The notes beneath the pieces are model-generated. The model was not told the origin of the DNA. It did no database searches and saw nothing but the letters and a program-made list of their open reading frames with translations. Positions 13,933-28,806 of a DNA stretch of 64,000 nt are shown one piece after another. Within the stretch, counting starts at the first letter, position 1; every line of letters starts with the position of its first letter. The position numbers and the translations under genes are program-made. The stretch lies in contig CM119372.1 of assembly GCA_051294905.1 (NCBI GenBank), positions 22,880,001 through 22,944,000 of the forward strand, in the 5' to 3' direction. This stretch comes from Botryllus schlosseri (Eukaryota).

Positions 13933-14018
13933 CAGGTAAGTCTTAGCGAATACACAGGAATGTATGAAGCCAAAATAATTTAACGAATTTAGTGAAGCAC
14001 ACACACTTTGACGTAGAA

Positions 14019-14826
14019 CAGGGCTGGCCAACGTGCGGCCGTAGACCGAAATTTGTGTGGCCGTGGACCCGTGGTTCAAGTACTATGTGTTGGCGGCCGT
14101 CGACTTGCAATTTGAATTTACGAATTAACTAGCAATTTTTCGAGAGATTTTTATTGATCTTAAAAATTTTTCGCGCTGCGCGCGAAGCAATGTGACACCG
14201 TTTTCGATTATAATATAATAGCACCCTTTGCAATCACAGCCCCACAGTACAGATTCGAACATTAGAGAAAATGCTGTGCTCCACATTGAAATACCCACTC
14301 GGAATCGTGTGCTCCTCACTATACCGAGAATCCTGATGGGAGGTCAAGAAATAACCGCATGTAGCAAAGTGACTAATAACAGTTTGCCCATCCGAATATG
14401 CATGATCTTGATCATTCATAACCTGCCCTAAATTTTCGAAAACACCCCCTCCATCAACTTGACCGGTGAATCTGATTACATGGGTTGAGAAAGGATAAAT
14501 GTTTCGTAGTAATATGTAAAACTACCAATATTAATGACGAAATTCATTAGTGAATGTGAAAAATTTTTCGCGCTTTGCGCGACTATTGGCAATCCCGTAA
14601 CGTCACCATGCTGTAACGTGTAACCACTCGCGATTCGGGAGCGTATATTAAGCCTATATGCTTAAATATATTCGTCGGGAATTCATCACAAAGGGTCACA
14701 GACACTTCAACATTGGTATTTGGCTCCAGCTAGTTCATTACGACTATATGCCCTGTAATGCGGCCGTAGGCTATAGGAGTATAGTCGAAATGTGGCCGTG
14801 AATAGCAAAAAGGTTGGACACCCCTG
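14019..14826. mobile_element. hAT-type MITE
   Basis: TIR cagggctggccaac / gttggacacccctg; TSD acgtagaa / acctggaa (6/8); ggccg subterminal repeats. Confidence 0.7.
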
Positions 14827-17800
14827 ACCTGGAATAACAAACAACATAATATACAATTTACTAAACTTAAGTCCCGGCAGAGTTATTGACGATGAGCTAG
14901 AAAGTATAAATATGAAGAATCGTATACAATTTTATCAACAACGCGGATATAAAGAAGTGGGACACTTGTACAGTATGTGCACTGTGCAAAGTGTGCATTA
15001 TGCAATTGTACATTTTACATATTACATTTACTCGCTACGCATAATCTACATGTTATAGTGGGAATGTGCTCATAAATTGTAATTTAATGTATTATGTATT
15101 GTCCATTCAGCATTCGGCAACGCCTGCTTGTAGCGATTGCTGACTTCAAGGCTTCTGGTAAGCTTCAATCTCACATGCATTTGCCTCTCTGGATAGCGAT
15201 TCACAATACCCGAGTTACATGGAAGGTACAGCGACTGTATCGTAAATCGTAATCCCTAACTGCCGCAAAATATCGCAGCCTACGTATTTTCCGTTACTGC
15301 CTGACCCACAATAACGCATTCTGACAGCGATTCGATTATCCTCCTAATTACTAATTATTACTAATTAACGCAGTGATAACTGAGTGATGGCTTCTCGCAA
15401 TATTTTAATAACACGTATCCATTATGATCCATTAGAAATTCGTAACAATGCGTTGAGAACGCATCTCCGATTCTCCTCGTTCTGAAATTTCACACTTAAT
15501 TTGAACCTGCCGACATGCATACGGCAGAACAGCGCTTCATTAAAGATCGTACGGTAGATTACACTCAAATTCCCATCACTAATGTGTTTTATATCAGATT
15601 GAATCAGTGATAAATCCAGATTGCCGAAGTGGGAAGAACTGCACTGCACTGCACAAAACCTACGTAAACACCCGACTTGTAATATTGACTAAATCACCGA
15701 TTGGTACACGTCAATGGTTCACAATAATGTCTGGTGTCCACGGATACTTCAATATAGAATCAAATTTTCGCACAAAGCGACCTCAAGCCACAAATCATTA
15801 CTGTGACGTATACAGCTTCACTCTTGGATAATACACATTTGACATATATATGGCGAGGGTTATGCCTTACCGTAGGCCTGTACCAACTGCCCTGACTGCC
15901 ACAATTTGTATTACAGCGAATTTTGGGATTCTGGATTACTACATAGTTGGATACCTACGCGTTTCAGGCAAAGTGATATGCCACATCACAATAGAAGTAG
16001 CGTGAATACTGTCTATAATCCTGTGGAACAACGACAATGAAGTGAGCGTTCGACGGTAGAATAATGTAAATGTCATACCAAATTTGGTCGTTCATAAAAT
16101 TCAAACCTAGTAGCAGTATCTGTATCAAGGTGGGTGATTGACGCACAACACGTACCAGCTGCTATAATCGGAGCTACATGCAGTCACACTGAATATTATA
16201 AACAGTAACAACAAACCAATTTTATCACCGTTGCTAACCAATATCAATATATTCGATAGTCCTGAACCACATACGCATCACGTACGTATTGGTCACTGTT
16301 GAACTAAATCCGTACCCAACATGTAAGGTCAAAGAGTAATTGGTAATTGACCTTATATGTGAAATATAATTACGGTCACATGTCGTCTGATGAACGTAGT
16401 CCCCGAAGACAGGGACTTTCATCCCATGCGAATTCTCGTCACCACAACTACATCACGGAAGATCTGATCAAAGTGAGTGAGCCGTCAACTGTTCAATCAC
16501 GTGTAACAAACAACGACATGTCCAAGCGAACGGCTATTTCTCGTGTGTCCGATACCTTCTGATCATTAACTTTCGAAGTCTCACGCAGTTTCAATTTCTG
16601 TGCCACACTTTCGCTACCAACGACTACTTTTTGCCTGTCATCCGAAATCGACAAACCGTCTCAAAATCCCATTATGATTCCGCTGCGCGCCAATCGATAT
16701 AATTATTCATTGACCACTCAACTTACGTCAGGGTGGATCTTGCATCCTCTTTCGTTCTTAAGAGATAGACATAGGGCCTACGCGCAACATAGGAGTAAAA
16801 TGAACGGTGAACACTCGAGAGAGTGCATTTTAGTCTCGTTGAACCTGGCGTGGTCGCGATATTGATGTTTTTTTTGCAGACCAGACTCGACGAGCGCAGA
16901 CAGCTGACACGATTATGCTTCTTGCGAAGCGGCGCTGCTGTGCACTTAGTTCGATTAGTCACGGACCAGGGTCGAATATTGTTCGATTTTCGACACTTTC
17001 GGTGCGATACGTAAATATTTTTTATAAAATTTCGTTCGATACAAGCTATCTTGAAATTTGCGGACGTCACACCGTATCGTAATGAGGGCTGGGCAAAATC
17101 GAGTAATTGAGTGATTCGATTTCAAATCGCATAGTGGGCTTCGAGTCGGGTGTTCAAGTATTAATCATTATGACATCATAAATATATGAAAGATTTGTAA
17201 ACTTTAAATAGGTACCTTTTATGTGACCACAATTACAACTCAATGCTATCCACCCAATTAAAGATAATTTGGTAATTTTTGTATTTCATTGCGCTTTGAC
17301 GCAATCCTGCGGGTTAATCAGTACCAGTAGGGATGGTGTGAACCTCTGAAAGGTTCAGGTTGGTGTGAACGCGAACCTTTTTGAAAGGTTCTGTGTGAAC
17401 GCGAACGTGAACCTCGTGACGTCACGAGACGTCATATTGTTGATTCCAACCCTATTTTTCAGCGAATTGATAGCCTATATTATAGAGTTACCATACGTCG
17501 GGAAAAACTACCATTTTTCGGAATTTTTCTCCAGTATTCTATGTCTGAAAATTTTAAAAATGTGTCCTTATTTCGGATTACCGAAATATGGTAACCCTAC
17601 TATATTAATGTGCACGATACCTAGCGACAACTCGTGCCACACAGTACCGAAGTACATATTGACTGGTGCAATCAAATGATATATAATAAATGTATCAACT
17701 GGGGCAATCAAATAATACGATAATCAACCACGTCCGTCGGTTTGCCAACAATTTCGCCGAGGACTTGCAAGGGAATATAAGCATGCGCCTTAACGGTCTT

Positions 17801-18028
17801 GACCGAGCCGGACAATGTATTCGACGTCTGTGCATTACTACGTTGATATTGAGCAGAGTGTAAAACGGGTTTCTATACTTGCTACCGATATTACCCCATT
17901 AACAAGTTATACGGCAGTAGCCCCAACACCCCAATCGCACGGATTTGGTTTTATGATACAATAAACATATGAAGTCGAGATTGACCCCGTACGCCTGCTA
18001 GATTTTTTACGGCATACAATGATATCAA

Positions 18029-18625
18029 CAGGGTTGTAACCAAGTCAAAAGGCTCCGACTCACAAGTCAATCTCACTTCTATAGTTTTGACTCGAGTTAA
18101 GTCGAGTCATTTTCAATTCACCACCAAGTCAAGTCCGAGTCCAAGTCAGCAAACAGAGGGCCCAGTCCGAGTCTTGGTATTATGACTCGAGTCCGAGTCC
18201 TAGTCATTGTGTTGACTGCTCAGTTTCCAGTTGAAGTCTTGTTAAACTCACTTTGTATAACTTCGTTTGGTTATATGGAATGGTTCGCATTTATAATAAA
18301 CTAAATTTCCTCACTTTTAGTAGTGTCTGGTCGCACTTTCAAGTACCAGTACCAATACCCGAAATCCCAATAGTGTGGTTACTTGACTATTCTTCGAAAT
18401 CACAATGAAATGTCGGTATTGGCCTTCTGAGCATCGAGTCATATGACTTGGTTCGAGTCATGCACAATGACTCGAGTCCAAGTCGAGTCAATACACAAAT
18501 TGACTCGAGTCGAGTCGAGTCATTTCCGTATCCTGAGAAAATGACTCGAGTCAAGTCGAGTCATCAGAAAATCGTGACTCGAGTCGGATTCGAGTCAAGT
18601 CATGACTCGAGTCATTGCAACCCTG
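18029..18625. mobile_element. hAT-type MITE with gactcgagtc repeats
   Basis: TIR cagggttg / caaccctg; perfect TSD gatatcaa (18021-18028, 18626-18633); truncated relative at 49185-49300. Confidence 0.9.
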
Positions 18626-21521
18626 GATATCAATTTCATTGATTGATTGAATAAGCATTATTCGCTGACTACATGTAATGTATTTTGCTCTTGATGTTGT
18701 GTGATTTCTGGTCAAGCTCAGTAGAGAGTCACTAAATATTCTCAAACGGAAAGCTGGACATTTCGAGCAAACTTTTGTAACAAAGCAGGTAAAAGTTTTG
18801 TGATTGTAAAGGTGGATGCTCGTTTAGTGTTGATTTTTTATGTGATTTTTTTTATGTTGCCAGTGCCATGCACAGATTGGCCCGCAGTTGAAATGCAAAA
18901 AATTTTAGGTAATGAATGAATTCGGTCAAAAATAATGTTACTTGCATGTATTGCGGGTCATTTCTGCATGCCGCTGGGGCTGGGCTAATTCGGCTAGGAC
19001 AGGAGTAATCGCCGCTTTGACATATCAATATCAAAGATTTCGGCAAATATGCGTTCATCATTTTGTACAAAGGTTTCATCGCTTACGATGTCTCTGCGAC
19101 TGCAGACGCCAAGTCGCGGACGACGCGTCCTCTCATAATTGCGAATATAGTTAGTGTCAATTCCGTATCATTTCAATTTTTTGTTTTCAGGAGGGGATCA
19201 CCAATACTAATAGAAAGAAAGAAATTAAATCTGCCAAAAAAATTCTACTTTATGGTCATATACGAAGATCTACGAAAAATGTGGCTGGCCCCTGGCTGCA
19301 CCAATGCGTCGGAACTGATATTTTTGTCATTAATGTTCCACACTTTGCGGTCAGGTCAATCAAATTTTCGGCTGGCCTTGCAAGTTCACAATAAATTTCC
19401 TGGGTGACTCATTTTTGTGATATCACAACAAATGGCGAGAATTACCACGCGGGCCACCCAAAACTTTTTGCGGGTCACATTTTGCCCGCGCCACGGGTTG
19501 GCCGCCTCTGCTCTAAAATATCGATCGGCTATCGCTATACTCAACTAGAGTAATCACAGTCAATACTCGATTCGGATTCGAGAACTCAAATCATTACGCC
19601 AGTCCCTATCGCACTCACCGATTACAGGCTCATACAACGCTGCGAACATCATATCGCTGAAGAGCGAGTTATTTATCAGGGGGTATCCGATGAACTGCTG
19701 TGTTGTGGCGCTTTTGTCCTTTAATTGCAGATTTAGACCTTGCCTGCCGTATCGGAGCGTACATGCTGACAAATTTCGGCGTCACACTTTTGTGGCGAAA
19801 CCGTTAATTCGGGTGAAACTATATCAGTACTTCTTTTTGTATCGTATCTTCCAGAAATCGCGAATCATTTATCTTTATTATTCATTTTAATGCGACTGAA
19901 TATAAGTGCATGGGATTTCACTAATCCAGACATTATATTACAGGCCGAAATTCGCCTTTCCAGCAAAATAATTGGCGCGATGTTTCAAAGTTCGAAAATA
20001 TTTACAATGAAAGTAGCAAACTCTAAATTATTTAAAGTCGACAACGTGTAATGTACTCTGTAGAGTACAAACACGAGCAGGTTGATTTGAAAACAATGCA
20101 CGATCCAAACTGAGTCGTTTAAAATCGCTATTACTGACATTACAATATCACGCTGCGCCCGGTGTGAATAATATATAAACCGATCCCATACATGCATGCA
20201 TATTTTTATACAATCATCTTTATGAAATAACGCTTTGTGTAATATTCCGTAAGAGTCCTTAAAATGTTATCTCGCGTCATTAGCAGCTACGTTTGTTTAC
20301 CCTTCGTCACATCTGACACTCATTATTCAGCAGTTATAGAAACGAAGGGTCGAATACCCATTTATGTAAACTACTTAATATCAATGCACATTGCACAGCT
20401 ACTATACATCATCGATATTTCATTATTCGCTATATCATTCTATAGTGTAGTGAATACAATCAAGCAATCTACCCCGAAATATATCACAATATGGTTGACA
20501 GACGGACGCCATTGCGATGAAAGATAGGACGTAGAGTCAATTTGAGCTGAATTTCAAATGTTTGCCTAAAGCTCAAGTAATGCCTACCAGCAGCGTTAAC
20601 CTGGAGGGTGTTTTCGACTGTCGCCATCGATCGAATAAATGCCTACCAGCCGCGGCAAGGACTATAATGTAATTGTCATCTCTTTCGATCTGAGCGATTA
20701 TAAGGCTGGATTTAGGTCATGTTGAAAGGATTGCAATCAGAGATCATTGATCCGCGCGACAGATATAGCACTAAATTAATAGCAATTCTTCAGCCAACAC
20801 TGTCTTCCGACTACTGTACTGAGTACTGTTCGATCATTCCACTCCAATTGTTTCTATCAAAGGATTGCCGTGAGTTAATATCTCGCTTCATTAGGCAGTA
20901 ATCAATAGCAATGCATTCTATCATAGATGTTTAATAGGATCACAGTGTCACAGCGTAGTTTCGTATCTTTACATTCCGTATAATACCACTTTAAACATGT
21001 AGGACGTATAGGTGTATCCTCGTAAACTCATATCGGTATCGCTTAGTTTAATTTACACGGTATAACGGTTGATGTAATGGACTAATGGTACACTTATGAC
21101 GCGAAGACACTTTATAGCCATTACTTCAGTGACAGCATCAATTGATATCAAGATTATTGGAAATCACAGAATACCGATTTCAACAAAAACCCATTCACAA
21201 CCGTTTTCACTTGAATGGTATATATATTCCTATCAGTTAAAACTTCAGTCTCAGTATTGATGACCCGTTTATATTTCTAATAGTTGGGAATTAAAGAAGC
21301 ATTTCGATATGCCATGGTGTCAACCGATCTTCGCGGGAACATTCGGGGTTGTGGTTAGTGTTGTGGCATATAATCCAGAGCTGCAACACCAATGGAATTT
21401 TTGAAGACATTTCGAAGTCACTTGTCAGTTGTCTCCTAGATCGACCACAATACTTCAGCTTCGATTTTTCCACATTCCCCAACAAAACAGCTCTAAACAG
21501 CGATGTGTTTATATCAGTAGG

Positions 21522-21984
21522 CAGTGGTGGCCCTACGAACGGGGGGACCCTGGGCGAGACTTACCGGGGAGGCCCCCTATAAGTATCCATACGTAACTTC
21601 TGGGGGGTTCTGCCCCCCAGACCCCCCTTCCGCATCGGTGATTATTATCTATCTTTCACCACCGCAAAGGTTTGCCCAGATGCAGGATTCGGCCATGTCT
21701 ATTTTGCATGTGTGGAAGGATAGACTACATCAAAACTAAGTAATTCTACCGCATGCAGAGACGTGATGATTATCGGGATACGGGACTTTTCTAACAAATG
21801 CAGTGATTTGATGATGATTGACACATCTGTACGGAATCATATTCTTGCTTAGTGCACGGATTTCCATGTTTATTCGTCATTCTCCTTGAAAAAAGCGCAA
21901 AATCCAAATAGGGGGGGGGGGGGGCCTTCGACCAGGGGGGCCCCGGGCGACCGCCCACCTCGCCCACCCCGAAAGCCACCACTG
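21522..21984. mobile_element. hAT-type MITE
   Basis: TIR cagtggtggc / gccaccactg; perfect TSD tcagtagg (21514-21521, 21985-21992). Confidence 0.9.
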
Positions 21985-23744
21985 TCAGTAGGCTATTGGC
22001 AATTTAGATGAGTTTGCGCTGTAGGATATTTCATCTTATACGGCCATTTTGTCGATGTGAGTCATAAAGCTTTAGCAGTAATGAAGCACAAACTGCCTCG
22101 TGATTAATATATATATATAAAATAGGTTATTAACATTTTGCAAATTTAGAGGTTTCGTGAACAAACTGCCCTGCAAATGATTCGCGGACCACTGATTTAA
22201 GCCGTATAGACTAATGGTATTTGTCACTCCTGCTGCCCGAATGACAGTGCACCAATCTCGATGACAATGGTTTTACAATACAGGGTTACGCTCCACGCTT
22301 CGTTATGGTACTTTCTGATATTCGATTTCAGCATGTATGTCTGATATCTGGGACTAAACGTAACGGTGTGGTCCAGGATGAGTATGTTTTCATAATAAAC
22401 GAAGATGATGACACATGCCTGTATCAAAAGTCTGCGGTATCCAGATGACCTGTAGGTGGTTTGGCTTATCGATGTTAACCTACAGATCAATTGAAATTCG
22501 GCTTCCTAACCTTGCGAGGTAGGAGATCCCAGCTCATTTTAATGCCGGGCAGTGCAAATCGGAATGTTTTGCTTCCTTCACACTTTCCGCTTCAACCAGG
22601 AAGGGGTCTAGTCCTACCGATTACATATTTTCCACCATCGTGACACCCAATACGGAGCCGGTTCATGTTGAGATACTGGAATTCATACCATAGTGCCGTA
22701 ATCATGTAAATACTTCTTCTATCATGTGGAATGGGACGGGTATTCATAACGTAATCTGAAATTAATCTCCAATGTAACACAAAATCGTGATCCTCATTGT
22801 TGTGCAGAAGATTTCCTATGTTCAACATTCTCTTCAAACTATAATAACAAGCGAGGCGGCCATGGGCATGGGCATTCGGCAATGAATATTCTGAAAGGCC
22901 TTGAATGAATATACCAAAACAACGAACGAGACGTATTGACTTAGTTTTTGTGGTATATATATCATGGAATTTTCAATGCCCTGCCTTTAAGTCACAATGA
23001 ATATTCAGAAAGTGTAGCAATAATCACCGAGGTAAAGTCGCCTATAATGTGGGTTGGTGGATTTTAGTCAACGGATTTCGCTGCTGTATGTACAACTGAA
23101 GCATCCAGATGGCCACTATAAATGTAAATAGGAACACAGCTCTATTCACATTTATGTAGCCTATTGTGCGTATACATTTTGTGTTACATTATAAAATTTG
23201 CATCAGAAGAGTGCATATCAGTTGAACATCATTCTCCAAATTATGTGTATTGTTCTGGAGAGGGAGGCACCCTAGAGAAAACAAGAAAAAAAATTCAATT
23301 TGAAAAGTTTTGTTATATAGGCTATTACTCTATTTTATGCTAATTTGCGAAATAATTTTGGCCCCCTTCAATCTTACACGCGCCAAGGGGGCTTTGGGGT
23401 GCGGCAGTTATCGTTCTGTAGGCTGGGCATGGTAGTGGAAAATAATTCCTTGTTTCCACACCAGAGATATGTCTGTCTGAAGCAACTGATATTGCAAATA
23501 TCATTGATACTTTGCAAATGATTCCCAAGGTGGCGCTATTAGTGTGAACGCAATACGGCGATACTCAATTCGTGCTGCGTAAACGAGCAGATCTTTTCCT
23601 GCAGCTGCCACTAACAGTGGCCGTATGAGACGGTTTTTTGTGGTATTCATGGTGTTCGTCGACTACTATGGTCATTTACACAACGCCAATTTTCTTCATT
23701 TGTATTCCGTAGCTGTCGACTTGTAGCACTGGCAACTTCTAGGC

Positions 23745-25495
23745 CAGTGGTTCTTAACCTTTTTTCCTCCAGCGCCCCCTTTCAAAAATTATCGTGCTCT
23801 AGCGCCCCCCCCCCCAACCTCATATTGTAAGGAATGTAATAAAGACAGTGAGTAAGAGGGAGGGCCGTAACAGCACTTCGTCAACCCCCCTAAAACCGAT
23901 TGCCTTGCGCACCCATAGCGTGATAAACCAAACTTCTGAGGGCTTCGCCCCCAAGAACCCCGTAGCGTGATTTCGATGGTCAGCAAAGTTTGTGTGGCCT
24001 GGTCACCCTAGGTACCAAAATCTTCTATAATGCGTGAATGAAGAGGTGATAATTACATGTATAAGTCGCTATAAACTTTTTATCCTCTCAGCCCACGTAG
24101 TCAGATTTACCAGAAGCGCCAGGGCCGTAACAGCACTTCGTCAGCCCCCCCCCCAAAAAAATAACGTTGGTCTTGGGCCCCCCATCGGGGGATAAGTCAA
24201 ACTTCCGGGGGGCTTCGCCCCCAGACCCCCCTTCGGCTATCCGCTATTTACTGATACTAGTCATCTACATTGGGTGTCCATTTACTGATCCAGCTATTCT
24301 CGCCTAGACGCGCCAAGCGCGAAAAATTTCAATTATTAATGACTGAATTGGTCAATATGATCGGGAATTGCATGTATATTGATATCAATTTTTATCCTCT
24401 CTCTGCTCACGTAAACAGATTTACCGGTAGAGCTGAGTGATGTGTGATTGAAAAGGTAGGACCCCTCAATAATAATTATACATCTTCGGGCGTATACCCG
24501 TTGGCAGGAACGAAACGGCACTTCGTCAGGCCCCCCGAAAAAAATTGGGTCTTGGGCTCCCATAGGGTGATAAACCGACCGCCCCCCATCACGTTGTTCG
24601 CTTTTGCCACGAAATCAGCTGTACTGTTTAGCGAGCCAGTGCGAAGCGCAAAAACCTTCGACAATTCATGATAAGATCGGGAATTGCGTATATATTGCTA
24701 TCAATTTCTTGTCCTCTTCACTCACGTTACCAGATTTACCGGTAGAGCTGAGTGAGGTGCAATGTTCCCTCTAAGCTGCGTACATGCGCAGTGCTGACAC
24801 GGTCTCTGCGCACAGAAAATCTATGTTGCGCACAACGAATCCGAAATTATGACCTTTTTTAGTCGTTACGCACTGTCGTCCAAGGGTCTGCGCATTGAGT
24901 TGTTGAGTGTGCGCAGAGTCGTCAAAAGGTAGAGCAAACATTGTGAGGTGTCGTGGAAACTGTAGGGCCCGTAACTAATAATTAAACATATTCGGGCGGG
25001 CGAACCCGTTGGTATGACTTCGTTGCATGATGTTATTTCGTGACCTCCTGTCTGCTATATCAAAAAATATTGAGTCGCCCAACAGGGATATCGCCAGTTT
25101 TAGATATCCCTGTCGCCCAATCGTACTAAACTAAAAGACGCACACGATTTCAAATTGGTTATTCTTCACTGGCATATCATTTTCCCTGCCAGATGGAATT
25201 CGTCTCCTGAGGTTCAGATTGCCAAGACAGGAACATTCGGTGCCAGTCATTTAGGCGACCATGGACAATTAAACCTATATGTCTTTTGTAGGCTATATAG
25301 AACGAAGTTTTCGGTGTTAATTTGCTCTGAATACTCATTAAGGATATGTCCTACCACCACATCATCTACTGCGAAGCCATTTTTCTCAAGCGCCCCATAC
25401 CGCCCCCCTGAGCCCAGTGCCCCCTGAGTGTTTCCGCCCCCTTCAAAATCGCCAGCGCCCCTTTGGGGCGCTGGAGGCAAGGTTATGAACCACTG
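23745..25495. mobile_element. Composite non-autonomous hAT (Buster/Charlie-like) element
   Basis: TIR cagtggttcttaacc / ggttatgaaccactg; perfect TSD ttctaggc (23737-23744, 25496-25503). Confidence 0.9.
24760..24943. mobile_element. Small MITE nested in 23745-25495
   Basis: TIR caatgtt...ctcta / tagag...aacattg; duplicated (g)tgaggtg; the paralogous empty site is visible at ~29190-29215 (agctgagtgaggtgtcttggaaac). Confidence 0.8.
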
Positions 25496-26967
25496 TTCTA
25501 GGCTTTAAAAGACACCGCTTACCCGGATGAAAGTGCAAGGAGGTGTCTAGTTAAACCTCCAACACTTAGGTAGGACTTCTCTACTTGACCTCGGTCGTAC
25601 TCAAACACGTACCACTACGTTATCTCACCACTATCAGACGGTTCGAACAGGTTCTATAGAGCCGTTTCAGGAGATCGTCGAATCAGCTAGCATTACTGGT
25701 TACTGTCAATCAATTTTTGTAACAGAACCGGCTGAAAAATATTGCTTTCGTGATAGAACCGGCTGACAAAATTTGAATCCTACCACTCGGCCCAAAGATG
25801 GGATACAAATGATTTCTTTACTATGTAGTTGTTTCATGTCCAATATTATTGAAATATTGCTAATACGCATTTCATCAGGCCCCATCTCAAGAAAACTGGA
25901 TAATTGTATCGTGATTGGTTTGCAGAGAGTTTTAACGGCATAGCAGCTATCCTACCCGACGTTGAGCGTACTCGCTAGAAAGTTGTTTGTGGTATACAGA
26001 GATGGTCGGTGACGGAATACTTCTACTATTTCGAAGTACTTAAGTAGTTTTCCTCTACTTTTAGTATTTAATCAAGTAGAAATAATTTTTGCTACTTCTA
26101 ATTCATATCATTTTATGATCTACTGACTTAATTTTCGCAATTTTCAGTTTGTCAAGTAGAAGTAGTTTAATCCTCCAAACAGGAAGATAGCCTGATAATT
26201 TCGGGACTGTCTTCGCGGAGTATCAACATTTAATTTTCATAAAAGCTGATTAAAGTCCAGAATTTTCGTTGCGCCTCGCGCAAAGTGGCCATGGAGCGAC
26301 CAATATGATTTCACGAAAGTATTATCGGGTAATATAATTTAGGTAGCGAGTTGAGTGGTTCCGCTCACAACACATTGTCGCCCATATGAAATATTTCATC
26401 GCAGTATATATGGCCCATCATAACGTTTGAAACTGATGTTTCCCAATCTAGCATTTATACTTATCATATCGTAGTCTAGCAGTCCATTGTGTGTCCTAAT
26501 CTGGAAAAGTTGGCTCTGACTTTTTTTTAGCTTTAGAGCTGTTTTAGCACACAACCTTTGAATCTTTCTGGACTAAAGACATGAAATACATTTTCCGATT
26601 TTAGAAGTAGTAGGCCTATTTATACTGCACGTTTTTATACTTGTCTGGAGAACATACATGTTTAAGTATACGTAGTAATTCCTTTAATTTCCTGAAATAA
26701 AGCTACACAATATGGCATTTTTACGATCCACCATATTTTTTATCAACGTTTACTAATAGCTCAAAGTGTTTACACCAGTGGTTCCCAACCTTTTTCGGTG
26801 ACAGGGCCAAATTTAGAATTTCAGAGTACGATCGGGGCCGCACGAATACCAGGGCAATGAAAGGAACCCAAAATAGTCACAAAATATGAAAATTGGCATT
26901 GTTCCGATCATTCGCTTGACGCCATTGGCCATTGTGTTGCCGCGCTCCCGTTGTTCAGAACAATCAA

Positions 26968-28053
26968 CCTTTGCTAACCTCCAACACTGTCGATGGTTTG
27001 CATGCATCTGTGAATATGGAGCTCCCAAAAGTGTCGAGATGGCTCCAAGCAAACAAACTAAGTTTGAATGCAGATTAGACCGAGATGCTCGTTTTAAATA
27101 ATGCCAGTCATAATTTCACTGTGAACATCAATCATAAACAAATCTCAATATGTGACTCAGCAAAATATCTCGGCGTCACCATTGATTCCAAATTGTCTTG
27201 GAAGCAGCATATTGAATGCACAATATCAAAACTAGCTCGGTGTGTGGGAATAATGACCCGTCTCCAATCTTTGGTTTCCAGATCAGTGCTACGAACCATC
27301 TACTTCTCTCTTTTCCACTCTCATCTGCAATATGGAATTGTAGTATGGGGAAATGCATGCACCACATTTTTGTGCAGAATTCGAACCCTGCAAAACCGTG
27401 CGATACGGCTGATCTCATCTGTACCTTTACGTACCAATTTATCGCCTTACTACCGTAAGCATCGAATTTTGCGAGTTGATAAACTATATCGCCTCGAAGT
27501 ATCAAAAGTTGTTCACAAATATTTTTCCAATAGTCTGCCTCCTGTGTTTGATGACTTTTTCATACCTGCTAAACATGTCCATTCCCATTACACGAGATCC
27601 TCGTCTAAAGGAAACATCTACCTACCCCCACCCAATAGCAACCTAACTAAGAGATCTATCGACTACTCGGGACCTATCATCTGGAATGCATTACCACCAC
27701 ATATCCGTGAATTGCCCTAAAATAGATTCAAAAAAGCCCTACTTGATCACCTCTTGTCGTTACACTAACACTGTTGCCCTACCTCGCCCAGACATTGCTT
27801 CATTCATCATTTGCCACCATTGTTTAAATTTTTTTCTATTTTCCTTTAACTAAACATTTCTTTACAGCCAGACTGTTCAGAGTCAAGTGTACCTGTTTGA
27901 TGCTGGTGTGATCAGACTAGATGACCTTCACGGTCTTATCGATCATTCCTATCTAATACCGAATACTGTGCACGCATATTTTCTGTACCACCATCACTGC
28001 CGTTTGTTATGTATTTTGGTTCGATGAAAATAAAGACTCTCTCTCTCTCTCTC
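26968..28053 (+). pseudogene. 5'-truncated CR1/L2-group LINE: reverse transcriptase C-terminal part, 3' UTR and (CT)n tail
   Basis: WLQANKLSLNAD*TE...AKYLGVTIDSKLSWKQHI...YFSLFHSHLQYGIVVWG...WNALP; stops at 27076-27078 and 27718-27720, likely natural end at 27768; aataaa followed by (ct)n at 28029-28053. Confidence 0.9.
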
Positions 28054-28351
28054 TGGCTATTTCGGAGTAGTTTTATTGCCCTGGCGAGATTTCAATTCGT
28101 ATTTTTGGAATCAGTGCGACACTTGCTTTCGATAAACACCGACATATCAAATTATTCGGACGCTTGGGTCGCGAGCTATAGGACTACCAATTATGCCGCT
28201 TTTTGCCGGTTAAGCTAGATGACTGTTTACCGCTATTTATCATCTAAATCGGGTGTCCGTTTTAGGCAGCTTCTCTCGACAAATCGCGTGAAGCGCAAAA
28301 AATTCCTCTAATTCATGATTAAATCGATAAAATCGGGAATTGCCTATATCT

Positions 28352-28806
28352 TAGGCTTACCATATTTTGGTAATCAAAAAAGAGGACACTTTTTCAGAAA
28401 TTTGCAACTTGCAAAACCGGAGTAAAATTCTCAAAAACCGGTTAATTTTTCCCACTTTGGAATCGGTTGACTAAAAAAAAAAAAAAAAAAAAATGGTCAT
28501 CACTTCTGCTCAGAGTTCAAAATAACGTTTTTTACTCCACATTGCCAGGTGGATGACTAAAAAAAAAAAGGTCATCTTTTCGCTCACAGCTAAAATCACC
28601 GTTTTTCACTCCGAAATACCCGTCGGAGCTTCACTTCTGTGCTAATATGCGGCATATCACTCGCAATTTCCTCTAAATCTGCCTAAATTTTCAAAAAAGA
28701 GGACAAAATCTCAAAAAAAAGGACAAAAAGGCGTCCTCCGAGGACACTTTCAAAAAAGTCAAAAAAGAGGACAAATCCTCTTAAAAGAGGACGTATGGTA
28801 AGCCTA
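28352..28806. mobile_element. hAT-type MITE with TAGG termini and aaaagaggac repeats
   Basis: TIR taggcttaccata / tatggtaagccta; TSD ctatatct / ctatatat; relatives at ~7490-7792, 17490-17600, 47316-47600, 51165-51430, 57680-57890. Confidence 0.8.

Larger units (their letters stand above)
23640..25620 (-). mobile_element. SINE family A copy split by a hAT insertion (halves 23640-23744 and 25504-25620)
   Basis: The joined halves are collinear with the intact copy at 31078-31325. Confidence 0.75.
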
